Numbered from the stretch's first letter, positions 1-9,503 are shown. The stretch is 64,000 bases of DNA from Candidatus Iainarchaeum sp. (GCA_017610205.1 JAFCCL010000004.1:1-64000), one strand, 5' to 3'. Made by a program: numbers and translations. The notes: generated from the letters alone by a model not told the origin.

Positions 1-221
1 CAACCCACAGGGCAACAACCATCGCCATCAATGCACTGCGCAACCTCGGTATAAGAACAGGTTTTTGGAGTTCCACTGCAAGCATCTACTGTGCATGCAT
101 TCGCATCATCACAACCAGTATCAACTTTACATTCATCCTGATCTATTTCCCCCTCGCTAACACAGCCACTAAGCAATAAGAATAAAATAAGGGCTATGGA
201 GGACAGTACTTGTAACTTCAT
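1..221 (-). CDS. Cys-rich lipoprotein, N-terminal part (runs off window)
   Basis: Hand-translated, not in ORF track: MKLQVLSSIALILFLLLSGCVSEGEIDQDECKVDTGCDDANACTVDACSGTPKTC...; lipobox LSGC and a CDDxNxCTxDxC Cys motif. Confidence 0.75.
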   Translation of the reverse strand, partial: MKLQVLSSIALILFLLLSGCVSEGEIDQDECKVDTGCDDANACTVDACSGTPKTCSYTEVAQCIDGDGCCPVG

Positions 222-454
222 TCAATAGATAATTAGCATAAACCCTTATAAAAAATTACTGGTTTGATGAGTGACATAGGAATCCTTTTTCAGTTTATAA
301 CTATCTTGCATTGCATACATGAAACCAATACAATATTCTTTATGCTGTTATCGCCCATGTTTTTTCAGGCAATGATGAGGTTATTACCTATAGCATGGAA
401 CGCTCCACTTGCCTTTTTAAACCTTTTCAAGGCAAATTTACTTACAATTTTTGA

Positions 455-500
455 ATGACTCTCTCCTGTGCCGGTATAGGGCGGGAAGGTAGCCAGTGTT
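455..500 (+). promoter_or_regulatory. Candidate structured 5' leader of rps15
   Basis: GC-rich hairpin-forming stretch (CTCTCCTGTGCC...GGGCGGGAAGG) in AT-rich context, between a TATA-like TTTTTAAA (~414-421) and the rps15 start. Confidence 0.4.
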
Positions 501-503
501 AAA

Positions 504-1244
504 TTGGTGATTTTGTTGGCAAAAAAAGCTGAAAAAGAAGAAGAAAAGCCAAAGGCTGTTGAGGAAAAGAGCCACAAGACTGAAAAAGAAGAAAAGCACA
601 GCCACAAGACTGAGAAAAAGGAAGAAAAGCCGGCAAAAAAAGAAAAAGATTCAAAAGAAGAGAACAAAGAGGAAAAAAAGGAAAAGCAGGAAAAGGAAGA
701 AAAAAAAGACAAGGAAGAAGAAGAAAAAGAGCACAAGGAAAAAAAGCAGGACAAGGGCAAAGATCACGAGCACAGGGAAGAAAAGGCAGAGCACAAGGAA
801 AAGCCTGCTGAAGAAACTCACAGGCGAAAGCCAAAAAAGGCAAAGCATGCCAAAAGAGAATTTGTTGAATTAAAGCCAGCTGAAATTAATGAGGCAATAG
901 TTCACTTGGCAAACGAGGGACACAGTGCTTCAGAAATTGGAATGGTTTTAAGAGACCAGTACGGAATTCCAAAAGTTGGAAAGGCAACAGGAAAAAAGCT
1001 TGGAGCAATACTAAAAGAGCACAAGCTTGCACCGGCAATTCCGGAAGACCTTATGAGCCTTATAAAAAAAAGTGTTTTGCTCAGAAGCCACATGGAAAAA
1101 AACAAAAAAGACACGAGTGCAAAAAGGGGATTAATGCTTACAGTGTCAAAAATAAGGGCACTTGAAAAATATTACAAGAAATCAGGCAAACTGCCAATGC
1201 AGTGGAGGTATAGCCCTGAAACAGCAGCATTGCTTGCAAAGTAA
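504..1244 (+). CDS. rps15: 30S ribosomal protein uS15 (S15/S13e) with long K/E-rich N-terminal extension
   Basis: C-terminal half has SEIGMVLRDQYGIP, IPEDL..LIKK, NKKD..AKRGL...SKIR.L..YYK..GKLP..W.Y. Confidence 0.95.
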   Translation: MVILLAKKAEKEEEKPKAVEEKSHKTEKEEKHSHKTEKKEEKPAKKEKDSKEENKEEKKEKQEKEEKKDKEEEEKEHKEKKQDKGKDHEHREEKAEHKEKPAEETHRRKPKKAKHAKREFVELKPAEINEAIVHLANEGHSASEIGMVLRDQYGIPKVGKATGKKLGAILKEHKLAPAIPEDLMSLIKKSVLLRSHMEKNKKDTSAKRGLMLTVSKIRALEKYYKKSGKLPMQWRYSPETAALLAK

Positions 1245-1441
1245 AATGGTTAAAGGAAAGAATTGTGGTTAAAAAAGATGAAGAATTGTGGTTAAAGGAA
1301 AAAAAGAATTGTGATTTAATGGAATACGAGTTTGTTTTGAAAAAAGAAAGAAAAGAAATTTTTAGAAAAAAAGGAAACGAGGATTTGGAAAATGTTGCAA
1401 AAAAAATTGATGCAATTATAGTAAAGCAAAAGTGATTTTTT

Positions 1442-2056
1442 ATGGCAGAAAAAAAGCAGGAAAAAAAACAGCCAAGGAAAGTAAAAAAAAGCAGAACTTC
1501 TGACAAATGGAAGAAAAAACAATGGTATAACATCATTGCCCCTGCAGAGTTTGACAGAGTTGTTATAGGCGAAACAGTTGCAGAAAAGCCAAAAAATGTT
1601 GAGGGCAGAATAATAAAAGTCGATTTGGGACAGCTTACTGGACAAAGGCAAAAAAGGTATATTGGAATTTTATTCAAGGTTGAAAATGTTGAAGGAAACA
1701 ATGCAAACTGCAAAACACTTGGACACGAAGCAAGTGCTGGCTTTATCAGCAGACTTGTAAGACGCAGAATGAGCAAGGTAGAAATTGTTCAAACACTTAG
1801 AACAGCTGACAACAAGCGCGTTAAGGTGAAAACAATTGCATTGTCTGTAAGAAAGCTTTCCAAAAAACAGGAAACAGACGTTGGAAAAAAGATGACTGAA
1901 ATGATGAAAGAAATAGTGCTAAAAAAAACTTATGTGCAGGCTTCACAGGAAATGATTTTTGGAGCAATTGCTTCAAAGATCTTCAAAGTGCTTACAAAGA
2001 TTGCGCCCCTTAAAAGGATTGAAATAATTAAAACCAGGGTGCTGGAAGGTAAGTAA
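1442..2056 (+). CDS. rps3ae: 30S ribosomal protein eS1 (S3Ae)
   Basis: DKWKKKQWY.IIAP..F, RLVRRR.SK, KIAPL.RIEI.K motifs; conserved position downstream of rps15. Confidence 0.95.
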   Translation: MAEKKQEKKQPRKVKKSRTSDKWKKKQWYNIIAPAEFDRVVIGETVAEKPKNVEGRIIKVDLGQLTGQRQKRYIGILFKVENVEGNNANCKTLGHEASAGFISRLVRRRMSKVEIVQTLRTADNKRVKVKTIALSVRKLSKKQETDVGKKMTEMMKEIVLKKTYVQASQEMIFGAIASKIFKVLTKIAPLKRIEIIKTRVLEGK

Positions 2057-2058
2057 AA

Positions 2059-2748
2059 ATGGCTCTTCCAATGGAAGTGCTGGTCTTAATTCTTTTCGCA
2101 ACTCTTGGAATATTCAGTGTGCTTTCATTTAAAAAAAAGCTATTAAATTTTGAAGGCGTACTAATAGCAAATATTGTCGGTATAGCAATATTCATTTTTG
2201 CAAAATATGATATTACATACTTTTTTGTAGCATTGCTTTTCTTTATTGCTGCAGAAGCAGGAACCCTTTACGCAAAGGAAAGAAAGCCAAAGCATGAAAC
2301 CAGGGCTACAGGAAATATTCTTGGAAACAGCGGCACAGCAATTCTTGCACTAATGCTTGGTTTTCCGTTTGGTTTTTTTGCAGCGTTTGCAAGCGCACTT
2401 GCTGACACACTAAGTAGTGAAATAGGAATTCTTTCAAAAAGAAACCCTGTACTAATAACAACCCTGAAAAAGGTTAAGCCAGGAACTGACGGAGGCGTGA
2501 CACCTTTGGGTTTGGCAGCAGCTTTTGTTGGAGCAACAATAATTGCTTCTGTTCACTTTGCACTCTTTCAAAACATTTTCTTTTTTGCAATACTGATAAT
2601 ATGCGGAGTGTTTGGGTCGCTGGTTGACAGCTTTTTTGGAGCGGTTTTTGAAAGGCACGGAATGCTAAACAATGCAGAGGTTAATTTTTTGGGAAGCCTT
2701 GGAGGAACTGCGCTTGCCCTGGCAATTTTAGGAATGGGACTAATTTAA
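2059..2748 (+). CDS. DUF92 family integral membrane protein
   Basis: NILGN, ALADTLSSEIG, LITTLKKV.PGTDGGVTPLG, GSLVDSFFGA..E, NAEVN motifs; multiple TM segments. Confidence 0.9.
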   Translation: MALPMEVLVLILFATLGIFSVLSFKKKLLNFEGVLIANIVGIAIFIFAKYDITYFFVALLFFIAAEAGTLYAKERKPKHETRATGNILGNSGTAILALMLGFPFGFFAAFASALADTLSSEIGILSKRNPVLITTLKKVKPGTDGGVTPLGLAAAFVGATIIASVHFALFQNIFFFAILIICGVFGSLVDSFFGAVFERHGMLNNAEVNFLGSLGGTALALAILGMGLI

Positions 2749-2815
2749 GAAAATAGCCAGTGGGCAAAGGTTTAAATTAGATTAAGCTAAAAATTAATGG
2801 AAAGAAGCTGATTTT

Positions 2816-3337
2816 ATGGAGTTCTGGGTTTTGTTTATACTAAGAGTAAGCCTTATGGCTATTCCACTCTATCTTTGCAATGGCTTTGCCCTTATTTTTG
2901 GCGGAAAAACTCCGCTGGATTTTGGAAAAAACTTTTTTGACGGAAGGCGCATTTTGGGCGGAGGAAAATCAATCAAAGGAACTGCTTCAGGGCTTTTCTT
3001 CGCATTCCTTGGAGTTTTAACAATAAGCTTTGTGTTTCCTGAAACAACCAATGTAATTGGAGCAAACTATCTTGCTTACGGAATGCTGCTTGCAGTTGGA
3101 GCAATTCTTGGAGATTTTGCAGGAAGTTTTGCAAAAAGAAGATTCAATGTCCAAAGAGGAAAAAGTATTTTTCTGGTTGACCAGCTTGACTTTATAATAG
3201 GTGGTTTTGCAGTTGGTATGATTCTTGTAGTTCCAAACGCACTTGAAGTGATTTTTCTTTCAGCATTTACCATGATTATGCACGTAATAAGCAATAGAAT
3301 TGCGTACGTTGTAAAAATGAAAAAGGTGCCGTGGTAA
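2816..3337 (+). CDS. carS: CDP-archaeol synthase (DUF46)
   Basis: P.Y.CNG....GG.TPLD.G..F.DGRRILG.GKS..G, GD..GSF.KRR, DQLDF, C-terminal KKVPW. Confidence 0.92.
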   Translation: MEFWVLFILRVSLMAIPLYLCNGFALIFGGKTPLDFGKNFFDGRRILGGGKSIKGTASGLFFAFLGVLTISFVFPETTNVIGANYLAYGMLLAVGAILGDFAGSFAKRRFNVQRGKSIFLVDQLDFIIGGFAVGMILVVPNALEVIFLSAFTMIMHVISNRIAYVVKMKKVPW

Positions 3338-3834
3338 TGGCAGGAATTCCTGAATTTAAAAAAAAATCTATTGTTTTTCTTGTAAAATTTTTTGTAATTT
3401 ATGCAATACTGCAATTTCTTATACTTGCACTTCCACTGGAATTTTTTGAAAATGGAATTGCAGAAATTGAAGCCGTTGCCATTGGAGCAAGCGCAGAAGG
3501 GAATCTTATTGAATTAAACAGTCATTCGTTTCAGATTGTGCCAAACTGCACAGGGCTTGTTGGAATAAGCGTGCTTGCATCAATAATTTTTGGACTTCGC
3601 AGGCCAAAATTAAAGAAAAAGATTGGCTTGCTTGCTGTTGGGGCAGCAATTCTTTTTCCACTAAACCTTTTAAGGGTATATTTTGTGCTTTGGGCTTCAA
3701 TTTCATTCAGTTTGGACATTGGAGAAACACTGCATATTGCAACCTGGTTTTTGTCAGCAGGAGCAATTCTTGTAATATGGTATTATGCCACAAAAAGAAT
3801 TGCAAAAGTTAAAGAATTCTCTGAGCTTCTTTGA
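3337..3834 (+). CDS. Archaeosortase/exosortase family protein
   Basis: TM protein with Cys (IVPNCTG), Arg (PLNLLRV) and His (ETLH) triad; ATG overlaps carS stop (TAATG). Confidence 0.85.
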   Translation: MAGIPEFKKKSIVFLVKFFVIYAILQFLILALPLEFFENGIAEIEAVAIGASAEGNLIELNSHSFQIVPNCTGLVGISVLASIIFGLRRPKLKKKIGLLAVGAAILFPLNLLRVYFVLWASISFSLDIGETLHIATWFLSAGAILVIWYYATKRIAKVKEFSELL

Positions 3835-3903
3835 AGAAGAAGTGAGTTTGCAGAACAATTCTTTTTTATACTGTTTATCTATTATTTATATTAGGTGATT
3901 TTT

Positions 3904-4114
3904 TTGAGGTTATCTGCTGTTATTAACAAGGAAGATGGCAAGTATGTTGCCTTATGCCCTAAACTTGATGTTGTTTCACAGGGTAATTCCATAGAGGGAA
4001 GCTCTGGCCAATCTAAAGGAAACAGTTGAGCTTTATTTGGAAGACGAGAAGGATATTAAGCTTTCTGATATTGCTCCTTTTGTTACAACTTTTGAAGTGA
4101 AAATCTGTGCCTAA
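3904..4114 (+). pseudogene. hicB: HicB-family antitoxin, frameshifted
   Basis: MRLSAVINKEDGKYVALCPKLDVVSQGNSIE, then an extra G near 3997; shifted frame continues EALANLKETVELYLEDE...FVTTFEVKICA*. Confidence 0.8.
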
Positions 4115-4337
4115 AATGCCTGTTCTTTCAGGAAAAGAAGTAATCAAAGCACTGGAGAAAGCCGACTTCAAGTTTGTCAAGCAAAGAGGAAGTCATGTAA
4201 AACTCAGAAAGTTTGTTGTCGGGAAAAAACTAACAGTAATTGTTCCGCTTAAGCTGGTGATTAGGACTGGTACAATGAAATCAATTCTAAGGTAATCTAG
4301 CCTGAAATATGAAGATTTATTAAAATTTCTAAAGTAG
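4107..4337 (+). pseudogene. hicA: HicA-family toxin with premature stop
   Basis: MPKMPVLSGKEVIKALEK..F..VKQRGSHVKL; TAA at 4293-4295, frame continues SSLKYEDLLKFLK*. Confidence 0.8.
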
Positions 4338-4459
4338 TTTTTCATTTCAAATCTAGGAAATAAATCTTTATCTAACTGATTAGATGGACGGACTGAGATT
4401 TATACATACAAAAATCGCAGTAAATTAGAAAAAGGCACTATTTCTTTTCAATTATCGCA

Positions 4460-6070
4460 TTACTTCTTTTCAATTATTGACTTTGCAATTTCTCCAAACG
4501 CAGGCCTTGTTATAAGCACACCTACGAGGACTCCGATTGTTGTAGTGATTGCAAATCCAACCAATCTTCCCAAGCCAAAGCCAATTAAGATTATTGGAAG
4601 CATTGCCGCAATTGTTGTTGAAGCAGCAGCCATTATTATGAAAAATGCCCTTTTTGCCCTTGCAATAAGGCTTCCGGCATGTTCATTCACTCCGCGCCTT
4701 AGCTCGTCAGTAATTATAATCTGGTGGTCAACACCTGTTCCGACAACTGCAAGCAATCCTGCAACAGCACCCAAGTCAAACTTGCTTATAAGAGAAGCCA
4801 GCGCAAGCGTTATTATTACCTCACTTAAGCCAATGAAAACAATTGGCAATGCAAGTTTTAGAATTCTGTACCTTAAGAAAAGAACAAGTGCAACAATAAG
4901 CAATGCAACCAAGCCAATGAATGCAACATTTTGCAAAAAGTTTTCTCCAAGCAAGGGGCTTACTGTTTCCTTGCTTATGCTTTTAACCGAAACACTAAGG
5001 CTTCCTGACTGAAGCAAAATTTCCAAATCACCCCTTCTTTGAATTGCTGCTTCCCTGGTTCCACCAGAACCAAAAATTTGAAGCTTGCTCATTGGCTCTG
5101 CGTTCTCAATCTTTGCAACATCCATTTGGGCAACACTTTCACCCAATCCAATAATGCTTCTCATTCCAACTGCATCAAACACAAAAGGCGTTCCCTGTTC
5201 CTCTTCAACTATTCTAAGCTCAAATCCAAGGTCAATAAGCTGCTGTTGGGTGCTTAAGGCAAGGCTTTCAGGAATTATTGCCTGCTTTTTTTCCAAAACA
5301 AGCTGTTCAAGCAAGCCAAGCTGTTCTTCATTCAAACCATCTTTTTCAACAAGAAAATATGACACCTGCGAATTTAACAAAATTTCATCAATATCCGTTC
5401 CCTCTGCAATTCCCTCGCTTTGAATTCCCTGCAATAAAAGCTGTTCGTCGGAAAAGAAAAGATCTCTTTGCATTACAAGAACGGATTCTTTTGGCCTGTC
5501 AATGAAAAAGTATGTTTTTTCGCATTCATACTCGCGGCCAACTTCGGTGGAGTATGATACAAGGTCACATTTGTGAAAAGTCATTTCAGTAAACCGCTTG
5601 GCAGCAGTGCTTTTTAAAACAAATGGAAGCACCCACCTTACTCCAGAACCCTCATGATATAAGCTGTATCCTTTTGCAGGATCTTTTGGCATTTCAATTA
5701 TGTCCTCTCCTGAAAAAATTACTTCACCCCCGATTGTTGATTCAAAAACACCCTGTTTTTTCAAAAGGGATTCAATTCGCTCAATTGTTTTAGGATCTGA
5801 TTCAGCAATCTGTACAATTACAAAGTCGTCGCCAAAAAAGTTTACGCTAATGTCCTTCAAACCAGTCCAGTCAAGCCTTTGCTGAATTGTTTGAACAACA
5901 CGCGCTCTTTCATCAAGATTTGTTATTGGGTCAGCCAGCTCTATCTGAAAAAGGGTTCCTCCATTAAAATCAATTCCAAAAGTAATTCCCCTAAATCCAA
6001 TTATTGCAAATGAAAGAATCAAAAAGAAGGCAAGCAAGAGCACTTTCCAGTTTTTATAAAGCTCTGTCAT
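4460..6070 (-). CDS. secD: Protein translocase subunit SecD
   Basis: GIDFNGGT, QSGSL, VSPLLG, GTGVDHQIIITDE, six C-terminal TMs; follows secF. Confidence 0.92.
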   Translation of the reverse strand: MTELYKNWKVLLLAFFLILSFAIIGFRGITFGIDFNGGTLFQIELADPITNLDERARVVQTIQQRLDWTGLKDISVNFFGDDFVIVQIAESDPKTIERIESLLKKQGVFESTIGGEVIFSGEDIIEMPKDPAKGYSLYHEGSGVRWVLPFVLKSTAAKRFTEMTFHKCDLVSYSTEVGREYECEKTYFFIDRPKESVLVMQRDLFFSDEQLLLQGIQSEGIAEGTDIDEILLNSQVSYFLVEKDGLNEEQLGLLEQLVLEKKQAIIPESLALSTQQQLIDLGFELRIVEEEQGTPFVFDAVGMRSIIGLGESVAQMDVAKIENAEPMSKLQIFGSGGTREAAIQRRGDLEILLQSGSLSVSVKSISKETVSPLLGENFLQNVAFIGLVALLIVALVLFLRYRILKLALPIVFIGLSEVIITLALASLISKFDLGAVAGLLAVVGTGVDHQIIITDELRRGVNEHAGSLIARAKRAFFIIMAAASTTIAAMLPIILIGFGLGRLVGFAITTTIGVLVGVLITRPAFGEIAKSIIEKK

Positions 6071-7146
6071 TAGAAAACACCTGATTTCTTGTTTTTCCTT
6101 TTAGCATACCATAAAAGAATTTCCGCATTCATAAGCCAGGTTGAAACAAGATCTGCAAGCAATCCAAAAAGAATTACGGTTGCAATTTCAAAAATTATGT
6201 AAATCTGGTTCATATAAGCTATTACAATCATTGTGGCAAGAGCAGCCATTGTTGTACCAGTCATTGTAAGACCCGTTGACATGCTGTCAGACGCCCTTTT
6301 TTCAGGAGTCCCCTCCTTTCTCTGCAAAACCCTTGTTGTAAGCATAATGTCTGTATCAACACTGTAACCAATTAGCATTAGCAAGGCAGGAATACTGCTT
6401 AGGGAAAGAGGAATTCCAAAAACCGCCATTAATGCAAGCGCTCCTGCAACATCAAAAATTGCAGCCGAAATTACTGCTATGCTTGGAATAATTTTCCTAA
6501 AAAAAACAAAAATTACAATAATTATCAAAATTCCACCCATTATTGCAACATTGAACGCAGTCTGCCAAAAGGTTGCACCAAGGGTTGGACTTACCTCCTT
6601 TTTTTGAAAAGCAACCTCGCTTCCAAGATTAAAATTCTGCACAATAAGCTGCTGCATTTCCTGATTAAACGTCTGGTCTGCTTCAATAAAATAAAGATCT
6701 GCCTGAGCTACGGCAACCTCAGGTTCAGAAGGCAAAACTGTTTTTTCAAGAAAAGGCGCAAGAATGCTTACTGCAGCTGTTGCTTCCTGTAATGCTGCAG
6801 CAGGATTTGATGCAAGCAAAGAATTTGCCAACTCAACCGAAGCTTTTGCAGAAAGCAAGGTCTGATTTCCTGCAAATTGCACATTTACACCGGTTCCACT
6901 TGGACCAGTAACACTACTTACCTTTAAATCAAGAAGGTCAAAGTTTTGGGAAAGAAGTTCTGAAAGCTCTTCAGCATCAATAGGAGTTTCACTTCTTATT
7001 ACTATAAGGGTCCCACCGCTAAGGTCTATTCCGGCAGGAACAGTTGGCCAGACAAAAATTACAAACATGAAGGCAATGAAAAGCACTACTGGAATTGCAA
7101 TAAAAAGCCTGTGCCTTTTGCCCTCGTAAAAGTTCTCAAAAACCAT
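6070..7146 (-). CDS. secF: Protein translocase subunit SecF
   Basis: GIDLSGGT, VSPTLG, LMLIGYSVDTDIMLTTR, GLLADL.STW..N; ATG at 7146 preferred over upstream TTG. Confidence 0.92.
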   Translation of the reverse strand: MVFENFYEGKRHRLFIAIPVVLFIAFMFVIFVWPTVPAGIDLSGGTLIVIRSETPIDAEELSELLSQNFDLLDLKVSSVTGPSGTGVNVQFAGNQTLLSAKASVELANSLLASNPAAALQEATAAVSILAPFLEKTVLPSEPEVAVAQADLYFIEADQTFNQEMQQLIVQNFNLGSEVAFQKKEVSPTLGATFWQTAFNVAIMGGILIIIVIFVFFRKIIPSIAVISAAIFDVAGALALMAVFGIPLSLSSIPALLMLIGYSVDTDIMLTTRVLQRKEGTPEKRASDSMSTGLTMTGTTMAALATMIVIAYMNQIYIIFEIATVILFGLLADLVSTWLMNAEILLWYAKRKNKKSGVF

Positions 7147-7260
7147 CAAAAAAACCCAATTTTCCCCAAATAACAATTTCTTAAAAAGCTTAAAAATAGC
7201 TCCTTATACCATTAAATTAGACAAAGAATTAAAAAGATTAGCAAAAGAACAGGAAAAGAC

Positions 7261-8244
7261 ATGAACCTTATCATTTTACCAAAAAGCAAAGACTTGCTGG
7301 ATGTTGCATTCAGAAAAGCGCGAAAGGCATCAGCAATGCTAAAAAGTGAAAGAAATGTAATAAAGGACGCAAAGGGAAAAAACATAAAACGAATTGAAAC
7401 AAGCGCAAACTACATTTCAGAAATGCTTCTAAGGGCAAACCTGGAATTTCCAAATATGAAGGAAGTAAATCCATTCTACTGCGAGCTCATGGAATCAACA
7501 ATTGATATAAATCAAACCCTGAAAGCACTGGGACACATTTCTGCAGAAAGAAGAATAATCCTAAAACTAAAAGGAAACGCAATAGGCAGAATAAAAGGGC
7601 TTGAAAAGCAGGAGTCAACAAAGGCCGCACCAATAGTAAAAGAATTTTACGGCAGAATAAGCGGGCTTGCAAAAAAGCTTGACAAAAGCATAGAAAATTA
7701 TAACAGGTCTGCAAAAAAACTGAAAGAGCTTCCAAAAGTAAAAACCGATTTGCCAACAGCAATAATTGCAGGCTACCCAAACACAGGCAAAAGCACAATT
7801 CTTGGAAGGCTGACAAAAAGCAAGCCAAAGATTGCAGCCTACCCCTTTACAACACAAAAACTGGAAATAGGATATCTCCTGCACAAATACCAAAAAATTC
7901 AATTAATTGACACACCTGGATTGCTTGACAGGCCATTGGATGAAAGAAACAAAATTGAAAGAAAAGGCATTGCGGCATTCAGACACCTTGCAGAAGCAAT
8001 TGTCTTTGTTGCAGACCCAACAATGCAATGCGGTTTTGAACTGGAAAAACAGGTTAATTTGTTTAACGAAATTGAAAAAGAATTTGAAGGAATTCCAATA
8101 ATTGTAGTAATAAACAAGGCAGATGCTGCAAGCAAGGAAGAGCTGGAAAAAGCAAAAAAGGCATTTGAAAAAGCAATTCTGGAAGGAGAAGGAATTGAAT
8201 CAGGATTGGGAAAGGAAATTGTCAGAATTGTTGGAGAAAATTGA
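7261..8244 (+). CDS. NOG1-family GTP-binding protein
   Basis: GYPNTGKS, YPFTT, DTPGLLDRP..ERN.IE, NKAD. Confidence 0.93.
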   Translation: MNLIILPKSKDLLDVAFRKARKASAMLKSERNVIKDAKGKNIKRIETSANYISEMLLRANLEFPNMKEVNPFYCELMESTIDINQTLKALGHISAERRIILKLKGNAIGRIKGLEKQESTKAAPIVKEFYGRISGLAKKLDKSIENYNRSAKKLKELPKVKTDLPTAIIAGYPNTGKSTILGRLTKSKPKIAAYPFTTQKLEIGYLLHKYQKIQLIDTPGLLDRPLDERNKIERKGIAAFRHLAEAIVFVADPTMQCGFELEKQVNLFNEIEKEFEGIPIIVVINKADAASKEELEKAKKAFEKAILEGEGIESGLGKEIVRIVGEN

Positions 8245-8258
8245 AAAGACCCACTAAC

Positions 8259-8390
8259 TTTTACTGCCCAAACACAAGGAAAAGCAACCAGTTTTTACTG
8301 CCCAAACACATAAACAAAAACAAAATTTGGCAAAATAAGAGCTTTTATTACGAGTATGAGCGGATTGTAGAAAAGTGTTTTACTGCCCAA
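8259..8390. repeat. Three direct repeats TTTTACTGCCCAA(ACACA)
   Basis: Copies at 8259-8276 and 8293-8310 (18 bp identical) and 8378-8390 (13 bp). Confidence 0.85.
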
Positions 8391-8456
8391 TTGCCTCAAT
8401 TAAAAAAAAAGAATTGAATGCAAAGAACCTATTAATTCTCTAGAAAAAAGTGCTAT

Positions 8457-8579
8457 TCACAATTTTCCAGTGGCTGCCAAAAGCTTTTCATGACCTTTTA
8501 CCAGCTTGTTGAATTCTTTTAGCTCTTTCGAAACTATTTTGCAGTTTAACCTATCTTTTGAATTGCCTGATTTTGCCAT
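8457..8579 (-). CDS. Small hypothetical protein (40 aa), possibly antitoxin-like
   Basis: Hand-translated MAKSGNSKDRLNCKIVSKELKEFNKLVKGHEKLLAATGKL*; amphipathic helix; AT-rich promoter-like region upstream. Confidence 0.45.
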   Translation of the reverse strand: MAKSGNSKDRLNCKIVSKELKEFNKLVKGHEKLLAATGKL

Positions 8580-8659
8580 AATCATAACATACCCAAAACA
8601 GTTAATAAAAATACCTAAAAAAAGCAAACATTTATTTTCTGCATTGGACTAATTATACT

Positions 8660-9049
8660 ATGCAAAAAAGGCGCGGTAAGAACGCAGGACTTGACAGGCA
8701 CAAGAAAAAAAGAAAGCCAGGGGCAAGAATGACAAGAGCAAAGCCTGGAGCAAAAAGAGAGGTTATAAAGATACCAACAACACTTGATGAGAAAGCAACT
8801 GCGATTTCAAATATTATAACTATGAAAAGCAAGCGGCTTATAGGCCGTGATGGCAAGATACACAGAGACCCGAGTTTCGCTATTAGTGCTGGTCCAGCTG
8901 GTTTTACTAACCTTATGAAAATCCGGCAAAGCCCAGCAGTGAAGATAGTGGAAGACTATCCAACTCTTGCAAAAAGAAAAGCGGCATTCTTGAGCGCGAT
9001 TGGTGGAAAAGAACCCATAAATAGATTGTGCTTGGAAATGAATCAATAG
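8660..9049 (+). CDS. Hypothetical protein with very basic N-terminus (possibly truncated)
   Basis: 129-aa ORF; the frame stays open ~25 codons after the TAG. Confidence 0.55.
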   Translation: MQKRRGKNAGLDRHKKKRKPGARMTRAKPGAKREVIKIPTTLDEKATAISNIITMKSKRLIGRDGKIHRDPSFAISAGPAGFTNLMKIRQSPAVKIVEDYPTLAKRKAAFLSAIGGKEPINRLCLEMNQ

Positions 9050-9225
9050 CTTGATAGTATTGGAATGCCTGCATTAAAGCTTTCTGAGAAAGAGGCTTTT
9101 GAACTTGTTTTGAGCGTAATTCACTAGATTTAAATCTTTTTCCATGCCCTATTTGTATTGGTTTTTAGGACCACGTGGATTTTAATTAATTTTTCCATTT
9201 GGCACTGATTTTGAGGTGAACAGGA

Positions 9226-9498
9226 ATGAGCACAGATGTAAAAAAAGAACTCGAAGAATTGCTTGAAATGATGAAAGAGGTTGCCACAGACCACCAGGTT
9301 CCAAGAAATATTAGGGGAATTGTTGAAGAGGCAATGGAAAAGGTTTCAGGCAAAGAGGTTAAAATAGAGGATTTGAGCACAGCTGTTTACAAAATGGACG
9401 ACATTAGCAAAGACTTAAACATTCCAGACCATACAAGAACAGACGTCTGGGAAATAATCAGCGCAATGGAAGCAATCAGGGAGAAAATAAAGGAGTAA
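9226..9498 (+). CDS. UPF0147 family protein
   Basis: D..VPRNIR, DDIS.D.NIP.HTRT..W.IIS..E. Confidence 0.9.
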   Translation: MSTDVKKELEELLEMMKEVATDHQVPRNIRGIVEEAMEKVSGKEVKIEDLSTAVYKMDDISKDLNIPDHTRTDVWEIISAMEAIREKIKE

Positions 9499-9503
9499 TT
9501 GCG

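Noticed and set aside
3337-3360. IPEF motif at the archaeosortase N-terminus resembling its substrate signal
   Set aside because: Four residues in the wrong topology; likely coincidence
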